DNA from: Bradymonadia bacterium
GTDB taxonomy: Bacteria; Myxococcota_A; Bradymonadia; UBA7976; UBA1532
Direction of reading: 5' to 3'
DNA: 64,000 nucleotides
Assembly: GCA_049318805.1 (NCBI GenBank)
Contig: JBMOFP010000004.1
Span: 493-64,492, forward strand
Shown: one piece after another, positions 57,450 to 64,000 of the stretch
How the letters are laid out: every line of letters begins with the position of its first letter
Position numbering within the stretch: position 1 is the first letter of the stretch
The notes under the pieces: model-generated
Seen by the model: the letters and a program-made list of their open reading frames with translations, nothing else
Databases searched by the model: none
What the model was told of the DNA's origin: nothing
Translations under genes and position numbers: made by a program

Positions 57450-60035
57450 ATGTGCAGGACTCCACTGTTCGTGTTCATCGCGGCGCTGCAGCTCGCTTGC
57501 ACCGCCTCGACTCCCGGGAGCTCCACGGACGACGGAGGTGCCCCCTCGGGGGGTGAGCAGCCGCCCGCGGGCGGGGCCCCTCAAGGCGGAGGCGTCGGGG
57601 GCGGGACTCCGGATCCCGGCGGCGCGACCGGAGGGTCCGGGCCCACGGCGGGGAACGGCGGGGGCAGCCTCGGCGGCGAAGCACCGCCCAGCGGCGGGAC
57701 AGGCGGGACGCCACCGCCCGTGCCGGACATGGGCACGCCTCCGGGACCTCCCGGTGACCGGGACGACGACGGCGTCGGCGACGCGGAGGACAACTGTCCG
57801 ACCCTCGCGAACAACAACCAGGCCGATGGCGACGCCGACGGCACCGGCAACGTCTGCGACAACTGCCCGGAGGCGGCCAACGCCGACCAGGCGGACGTGG
57901 ACGCCGACGGCTTCGGCGACGTGTGTGATCCGAACGACGACGACGTCGACGGCCTGCCCGCCGCGGTCGACAACTGCCCCGAGGTCTTCAATCCGCAGCA
58001 GGCGGACGCGGACAACGACGGCCGGGGCGATGTCTGTGACAACTGTGTCGCCGAGCCGAACTTCAGCCAAATGGACACGGACGGTGACGGTCGCGGGGAC
58101 GCCTGTGAGGTCGCCGGAGACGACGACGCCGACGGTTTCCCCGACGAGACCGACAACTGCGTGAACCTCGCGCAGGACGACCAGGCCGACCTCGACCGGG
58201 ACGGCCGCGGCGATGTCTGCGACAACTGCCCGCGGGACGCGAACTTCAGCCAGCGCGATACGGACGGCGACGGCCGCGGCGACGCATGCGACCTCGTGGA
58301 GGACGCCGACATGGGCGTAGAGCCGCCCATGGGCTGCCCCGCGGAGGGCCAGACGCGGTGCGGGGCCGACGACGTTCAAGCGCTCGACACCTGCCGCGCG
58401 GGCGTCTGGGTGACGACGACCTGCGAGGGCAACGACGTCTGTGAAGCCGGCCGCTGCGTCGCCCTGGACTGTGAGAGCGCGTCCTCGCTCGGCGCCGAGG
58501 TCGGCTGCGACTTCACGGTGATGGACGTTCAGTCTCTGGCGTGGCTGCCCCCGGAGGGCAACGACAGTGTGCCCTGGGGTGTGCTCATCACGAACGTGAG
58601 CGACGTGCCCGTCGCCCTCACCCTGACGGACGCGACGGGCGCGGCACCCGCCCTGATCGCGGACGTCGAGGTCCAGCCGCTGCAGGGCCTGTTCGCGCCC
58701 GAGCTCTTCCGCGTCAGCTCCGCGATCTACGACGCCGCGGGTCGACGTGTCTTCGGGCCGTTGCAGCGACTCGGCGTCGACCAGGCCGTGCCGCCCGGAG
58801 GGTGGGCCCGGGTGATTCTGCCGCACTCCGCGTGGCGCCAGCCCTTCGTCAGCGCCGTGCGCGAAGAGGGCTTCCGCATCGTCTCCAACGCGCCCGTCAC
58901 AGTCACCCAGCTCCAGCCCCTGTGCTGCGCCTACAACTATTCGGGTGATGGCAGCCTCGTGCCGCCGCGCCACGCGTGGGGGCGGGACTACCGGTTGCTC
59001 GGCCTCCCGGGGTGGTACTTCCTGGACCAGGGGGGCTCGAACTACCCGGTCTCCGTCGTGGTGCCGACACAGACCGCGAATACACGCGTGACCTTCGAAC
59101 GTCGACCCAACCAGCTCGCGCCCTCGCCGAACGCCCAGCCCGAGCGCATCGAGGTCGGTCCGGCGCGTCTCGCCGCGACCTTGCGACCGGGTGAGATGCT
59201 CGAGGTCCAGGGCGCGACCCCGCCTGCGGACGGCCTCGGCGCCGACCTGAGTGGCGCGCGCATCACCGCCAATCAAGACGTAGCGGCGCTCTTCAGCGCG
59301 TCCTGCACGCGGGTACCCTGGGGGCGCGCCGCGTGTGACCACCTGCAGGAGTTCCTGCCGCCGGTCGGCACCTGGGGCACCGCCTTGACCCTCCCCGCGG
59401 CCCCGGCCCGTGCCGAGCCGCGCAGCCTCGAAGAGCGCACCTACTGGCGCCTGACGGCCAACGGGCGGGCCACGGTGCAGCTCTCCGAGACCTTCGACGC
59501 GCTGGACGTGCGGGCCGAGCGACGCACGCACCCTGGGGCGACTCTTTGCGCCGACCTGGCCGTGGGCGCAGACGCCTTCGAGCTCGCCGACGGCGAGACG
59601 TGCGAGCTGGCGACGCAGGTCGACTTCTCGCTCCAGTCCGATACGCCCGTGCTGGTGCTCGGCCTGCTGTCGGGTCAGGAGGCGGTCGATCCCGGCGGCG
59701 GCATGCGTCAGACCGGCGATCCTTCGGCGTGGTACGCCCTCCCGGAGCACCAGTGGCGTCGGCGCGCCGACGTGGTCGTGCCCGAAGGCTTCGGTCAGGT
59801 GCAGGCGCAGGTCATCGTCGAGGCCGGCGCGACCCTCACGCTCGACGACGCGCTCGTCGACCTGCGCGACGCCGCCGGTGTGCCGGGCACGGTGAATGTC
59901 GTCGTCTCGGTCCCGCTTCCGGGGCCACGCCACACCTTCCGCTCGAACGTGCCCTTCTCGGCGGTGCTCTTCGCGTGGGACGTCGGCGCGTCGCTCGCGT
60001 ACCCGCTCGCGTCCGGGTTCCGCGAGCCGCGGTGA
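57450..60035 (+). CDS. Lipoprotein with thrombospondin type 3 repeats and IgGFc-binding domain
   Basis: Lipobox LQLAC, Gly/Pro linker, nine DxDxDGxGDxCDNCP-type repeats, YSGDGSLVPP..AWGRDY, ACDHLQE. Confidence 0.92.
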   Translation: MCRTPLFVFIAALQLACTASTPGSSTDDGGAPSGGEQPPAGGAPQGGGVGGGTPDPGGATGGSGPTAGNGGGSLGGEAPPSGGTGGTPPPVPDMGTPPGPPGDRDDDGVGDAEDNCPTLANNNQADGDADGTGNVCDNCPEAANADQADVDADGFGDVCDPNDDDVDGLPAAVDNCPEVFNPQQADADNDGRGDVCDNCVAEPNFSQMDTDGDGRGDACEVAGDDDADGFPDETDNCVNLAQDDQADLDRDGRGDVCDNCPRDANFSQRDTDGDGRGDACDLVEDADMGVEPPMGCPAEGQTRCGADDVQALDTCRAGVWVTTTCEGNDVCEAGRCVALDCESASSLGAEVGCDFTVMDVQSLAWLPPEGNDSVPWGVLITNVSDVPVALTLTDATGAAPALIADVEVQPLQGLFAPELFRVSSAIYDAAGRRVFGPLQRLGVDQAVPPGGWARVILPHSAWRQPFVSAVREEGFRIVSNAPVTVTQLQPLCCAYNYSGDGSLVPPRHAWGRDYRLLGLPGWYFLDQGGSNYPVSVVVPTQTANTRVTFERRPNQLAPSPNAQPERIEVGPARLAATLRPGEMLEVQGATPPADGLGADLSGARITANQDVAALFSASCTRVPWGRAACDHLQEFLPPVGTWGTALTLPAAPARAEPRSLEERTYWRLTANGRATVQLSETFDALDVRAERRTHPGATLCADLAVGADAFELADGETCELATQVDFSLQSDTPVLVLGLLSGQEAVDPGGGMRQTGDPSAWYALPEHQWRRRADVVVPEGFGQVQAQVIVEAGATLTLDDALVDLRDAAGVPGTVNVVVSVPLPGPRHTFRSNVPFSAVLFAWDVGASLAYPLASGFREPR

Positions 60036-60109
60036 CGCTCGAGGCGGTCCCGACGCAGCGTCGTAACCTGCTCCTGCCGCAGGTGGAGCGGTGGCCCCTG
60101 GGCGAGGCG

Positions 60110-61675
60110 GTGATCGAGCTCGTCGACGTCACCAAACGGTTCGGTACCAAGGTCGTGCTCGAGGGCCTGAACCTCACCGTGCCCTCGGGCAAGACCACCG
60201 TGATCGTGGGTGAGTCGGGCAGCGGCAAGAGTGTGCTGCTTCGGCTCATGAACGGACTCACGCTCCCGGACTCCGGCGTGGTGCGCCTCTTCGGCGTCGA
60301 CCTCGCGAAGGCGGGCGAGCGCGAGCGCACCGAGCTGCGTAAGCGGTGCACGATGGTCTTTCAGAGCTACGCGCTCATCGACTCGATGACCGTGGCCGAA
60401 AACGTCGCGTTCCCCCTGCGCGAGAACACCCGGATGAAGCACGCGCAGATCGACACACTCGTCGTCGAGCTGCTCACGCTCCTGGGCCTGAAAGACGCCT
60501 ACGCCCAGCTCCCGGCGTCCTTGAGCGGCGGCATGAAGAAGCGTGTCGCGCTGGCGCGGGCCGTGGTCACGAACCCCGAGGTCGTGCTCTTCGACGAGCC
60601 GACCACCGGCCTCGACCCGCTGATGATCGAGCTGGTCGACGAGATGATCGTGAAGACCCGCGAGTCCTACGGCATCACGAGTGTGATCATCTCCCACGAC
60701 ATGGCGAGCAATCGTCGCCTCGCCGACCGTTTGGCGATGCTCGCGGGCGGCCGCATCGTGGCCGAGGGCGACTTCGAGGCCGTGCGCGACGACCCGTCGC
60801 CGGTGGTGCACGCGTTCATGAAGAACGCCGTCGTGGAGCGGATGTCCCGCGGCGCCGAAGGCGACCCCCGCGTCGAGGTCGGGGAGACCCCCGCGCCCGA
60901 AGCCGCTCAGCGCAACGCCGTGGAGATTCGGGGGCTCGAGAAGTCCTTCGGCGCGCACCAGGTCTTGAAGGGCATCGACCTGGACATCCCCGAGCGGAAG
61001 ATCACGGTCGTCATCGGCGGCTCCGGCTCCGGCAAGTCGGTCCTCATCAAACACATCACGGGTTTGTTGCGGCCCGACAAGGGCACGGTGAAGGTCTTCG
61101 GCGAGGACCTGTGGAGCCTCGACGCCGACGCGCTGCTCACGATGCGCGCACGCATCGGCATGTTGTTCCAGGGCGCGGCGCTCTTCGACTCCCTCACCGT
61201 GCGAGAGAACATCGCCTTCCCGCTCGTCGAGCGCCGTCGTCTCGCCCGACCCGACATCGACAAGGCCGTGGCCGAGGTCGCCGAGCGCCTGAAGGTGCCG
61301 CACGCGCTCGACAGGTTCCCGGCGGAGATCTCCAACGGTGAGCGCAAGCGTGTGGGGCTCGCGCGGGCCATCGTCACGAACCCCGAGATCATGATCTACG
61401 ACGAGCCGACCACAGGCCAGGACCCGATCATGATGCGGCGTGTGGACGACATGATCGTCGAGGCCCAGGAGGCCTTCCCGATCACCTCGGTCGTGATCAG
61501 CCACGACATGCTGTCGACCTTTCGCATCGCGGACCAGGTGGCGATGGTCTTCGAGGGGCGACTGCTCGCCGTCGGCACACCCGACGTGTTGCGCGCCCAC
61601 CCCGACGAGCGTGTCCAGAAGTTCATCTTTGCCGGCACGGGTGACGTGCACCCCGACAGGAGCGAGCGCGAATGA
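60110..61675 (+). CDS. Tandem ABC ATPase with two fused MlaF/Ttg2A-like domains
   Basis: GESGSGKS/LSGGM/DEPTTGLDP/SHD, then GGSGSGKS/ISNGE/DEPTTGQDP/SHD. Alternative start GTG 60032. Confidence 0.93.
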   Translation: MIELVDVTKRFGTKVVLEGLNLTVPSGKTTVIVGESGSGKSVLLRLMNGLTLPDSGVVRLFGVDLAKAGERERTELRKRCTMVFQSYALIDSMTVAENVAFPLRENTRMKHAQIDTLVVELLTLLGLKDAYAQLPASLSGGMKKRVALARAVVTNPEVVLFDEPTTGLDPLMIELVDEMIVKTRESYGITSVIISHDMASNRRLADRLAMLAGGRIVAEGDFEAVRDDPSPVVHAFMKNAVVERMSRGAEGDPRVEVGETPAPEAAQRNAVEIRGLEKSFGAHQVLKGIDLDIPERKITVVIGGSGSGKSVLIKHITGLLRPDKGTVKVFGEDLWSLDADALLTMRARIGMLFQGAALFDSLTVRENIAFPLVERRRLARPDIDKAVAEVAERLKVPHALDRFPAEISNGERKRVGLARAIVTNPEIMIYDEPTTGQDPIMMRRVDDMIVEAQEAFPITSVVISHDMLSTFRIADQVAMVFEGRLLAVGTPDVLRAHPDERVQKFIFAGTGDVHPDRSERE

Positions 61676-63171
61676 CTGCCTACGACCACCTTTGCGACCG
61701 ATTCCGGAGACTCTCGGCGCTCCAGGACGCCCGCGGAATCTTGAACTGGGACATGCTGACGATGATGCCGCGGGGCGCGTCCGAGTCCCGGGGCGAGCAG
61801 CTCGCGACCCTGGAGGCGGTCTCCCACGACGCGCTCACGGACCCGCGGGTCGAGGCGTGGCTCGAGGCGGCCGAAGACACGCCGCCCGAAGACGCCGGGC
61901 AACGCGCCAACCTGGCGGAGATGCGTCGACTGTGGGTCCACGCGAGCGCCGTCGAGCCGCGCCTGGTCGAGGCGCTCTCACGCGCAGGGACACGCTGCTA
62001 CCAGGTCTGGGTCGACGCCCGGCCGGGTGGGGTCTTCGAGGCGATGCGTCCGGCGCTGGAGACCGTGCTGGGGCTGGTGCGTGAGGTCGCCGCGGCCAAG
62101 GCGGCGGCGCTGGGCACCACACCCTACGACGCGCTGATCGACCAGTTCGAGCCCGGCCTGCGGGCCGAACGTGTGGCCGAGCTCTTCGCACCGCTCCGGT
62201 CGACGCTCCCTGGGCTGGTGGAGCGGGTGCTGGAGCGACAGGCGCACCATCCGGCACCGCCGGTGCCCGCGGCGCTCGGACCCTACGGCGTCGAGGCGCA
62301 GCGGCGACTGGGGCTCGACGTGATGACCCTGCTCGGCTTCGACTTCGAGCGCGGACGCCTCGACGTGAGCGCACACCCGTTCTGCGGCGGCGCCACAGGG
62401 GATGTGCGCATCACGACACGGTACCGCGAGGACGACTTCGCGTCGGCCATGATGGGCGTGGCCCACGAGACCGGCCATGCGCTCTACGAGCTGAACCGGC
62501 CCGAGGCGTGGCGCGGCTTACCCGCCGGCGCCGCCCGCGGCATGGCGGTGCACGAGTCGCAGTCGCTCTTCGTCGAGATGCAGCTTTTCCGGTCGCGGCC
62601 GCTGCTCGGCCACGTGGCCGCGCTGGTGCAGAAGCACCTCGGCGCGAACAGCGAGCGCCCGTGGACGGGCGACGACCTCTTCACCCACTTCACGCGCGTC
62701 CGGCGGAGCCTGATTCGGGTCGACGCGGACGAGGTCACCTACCCGCTGCATGTCATCCTCCGCTTCGAGCTGGAGCAGTCGTTGCTGGGCGGCACGCTCG
62801 CGCTCGTCGACCTGCCCGATGCGTGGAACGACGGCATGCAACGCCTGGTCGGCGTTCGACCCCCCACTGATCGCGACGGCTGCATGCAGGACGTGCACTG
62901 GACCGACGGCTCTTTCGGCTACTTCCCCAGCTACACGCTCGGCGCGATGATCGCGGCCCAGCTCGCCGCCGCTTTGCGCCGCGCGCTGCCCGAGTTCGAC
63001 ACGCTCCTGGGCCGCGGAGAGCTCGGCCCGATTCAGGAGGGGTTGCGCGCCCGCATCCACGAGCGCGGCTCGCTGCTCCCGACCGACGCGCTGGTGGAGT
63101 CCGCCACGGGCGCGCCGCTCGGCGCCGACGCGCTCCTGGCCCACCTGGAGCGCAGGTACCTGGGCGAGTAG
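61672..63171 (+). CDS. Carboxypeptidase, M32 (Taq) family
   Basis: AHPF, DVRITTRY, HETGH, HESQS, IRVDADE, GCMQDVHW, GYFPSY. Confidence 0.97.
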   Translation: MTAYDHLCDRFRRLSALQDARGILNWDMLTMMPRGASESRGEQLATLEAVSHDALTDPRVEAWLEAAEDTPPEDAGQRANLAEMRRLWVHASAVEPRLVEALSRAGTRCYQVWVDARPGGVFEAMRPALETVLGLVREVAAAKAAALGTTPYDALIDQFEPGLRAERVAELFAPLRSTLPGLVERVLERQAHHPAPPVPAALGPYGVEAQRRLGLDVMTLLGFDFERGRLDVSAHPFCGGATGDVRITTRYREDDFASAMMGVAHETGHALYELNRPEAWRGLPAGAARGMAVHESQSLFVEMQLFRSRPLLGHVAALVQKHLGANSERPWTGDDLFTHFTRVRRSLIRVDADEVTYPLHVILRFELEQSLLGGTLALVDLPDAWNDGMQRLVGVRPPTDRDGCMQDVHWTDGSFGYFPSYTLGAMIAAQLAAALRRALPEFDTLLGRGELGPIQEGLRARIHERGSLLPTDALVESATGAPLGADALLAHLERRYLGE

Positions 63172-63183
63172 GTCGCGAGCGCG

Positions 63184-64000
63184 TCAGGTGCCTGGCGGGC
63201 TCATCGCGCGCAGGTGCTCGCCACGTTCGAAAAACACGGACACCGTCGGCAAGAGCCGCCGCAGGGCCGCCGGATCGCTCCGAAAGAGGGAAAAGCTCTC
63301 GGCGAACGACTCGGCCAGGGAGACCGTGCCGTATCGGGTCGGCGCCGAGCCTCCGCCGAGCGCGCGCGCGTAGGCTTCGAGCACCGGGCCGCGCTCGACG
63401 AGCGCCAGGGCGCGCCGGGCGTCCGCCTCGAGCGCTTTGCCCGCCCGCTCGACGGCCTCGACCTCGGCGCCCAGCGCCTTCGCCTCGCTTTGAGCCTCGG
63501 GACCGCGACGGGCCGACTCCGGGCGTGCGTTGAAGCGTTGACCTCTGCGGTTGAGCTCGGTCACTCGCTGCGCCAGTTCGTTCTGGGCGCGATCGATCGT
63601 GCACCACGCCTCGCGGCCGGGGTGGTTGTGCAGCGCGTGTCCGAACTCGTGGAGAAAGGTGCGCGCGGAGCTCTGCAGCGGGGCCTCCGGCTCACCGACG
63701 AACTGGTCCGCGTCCGCGTGGAGTGCGGAGTCGAAGACGAGCACCTGGGCGGCGCAGGTGTTCTGGACGTACAGGGCGCCCATATCGGCTTGCTCACCCC
63801 GTGGGCGGCGAATGAAGGGCACGCCCGCCAGCACCGTACGCTCCGCGGGGCTCAGGCGCGCCAGGGCGAGATCGGCCACCTCGAGCGCTCGGGGGCTCCA
63901 GGCCGCGCCGTCCGACTTCAACGGACCGATGCCCCACCGCGCCGGCAGGGCGTCGGCGTTGCCCCGCGGGAAAGGCACCTTGCCCGCCGCTGGGCGCACG
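63184..64000 (-). CDS. Zincin-like protein (HEFGH + distal ExxAE), probably 5'-truncated by the window edge
   Basis: FLHEFGHALH, a coiled-coil insert and SLAESFAESF. The frame is open to the window end. Confidence 0.7.
   Translation of the reverse strand, partial: VRPAAGKVPFPRGNADALPARWGIGPLKSDGAAWSPRALEVADLALARLSPAERTVLAGVPFIRRPRGEQADMGALYVQNTCAAQVLVFDSALHADADQFVGEPEAPLQSSARTFLHEFGHALHNHPGREAWCTIDRAQNELAQRVTELNRRGQRFNARPESARRGPEAQSEAKALGAEVEAVERAGKALEADARRALALVERGPVLEAYARALGGGSAPTRYGTVSLAESFAESFSLFRSDPAALRRLLPTVSVFFERGEHLRAMSPPGT

Noticed and set aside
57760-58300. Repetitive DNA as a possible CRISPR array
   Set aside because: These are in-frame, degenerate thrombospondin type 3 coding repeats. 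There is no constant repeat with unique spacers and no cas genes.

Overview
Very GC-rich, gene-dense bacterial chromosomal DNA. It is most likely from a Myxococcota member; this is inferred from a RomR-like regulator near valS, CdnL, a membrane Ser/Thr kinase, a giant TPR protein and many Cys-rich lipoproteins. I found about 42 real CDSs; most other ORFs in the six-frame track are GC shadow frames. Housekeeping genes: valS, cdnL, a DinG/YoaA helicase, two Hsp20s, an M32 carboxypeptidase and a deoxyhypusine-synthase-like gene. I found no rRNA, tRNA, CRISPR array or transposase. Main observations: (1) a 12.1-28.2 kb signalling cluster that appears to hold a full partner-switching set (HAMP-SpoIIE phosphatase, an unusual membrane-anchored Cys-rich STAS protein, a REC-like/HATPase kinase) plus a kinase, PAS, TPR and periplasmic binding proteins, back-to-back with a TonB-receptor/lipoprotein operon; (2) a beta-barrel-like gene with an in-frame TGA after C-D-D-S-E, which could be Sec, readthrough or a nonsense mutation; (3) two copies of a 64-bp palindromic IS-end-like element, each upstream of a lipoprotein serine hydrolase; (4) a lipoprotein + metzincin + barrel operon; (5) a TPR-fused dynamin-like protein with degenerate G2-G4; (6) a TMTC-like glycosyltransferase; (7) a recurrent -10 box 6-8 nt before start codons, suggesting leaderless mRNAs. 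All family assignments come from motif recognition, not database searches.
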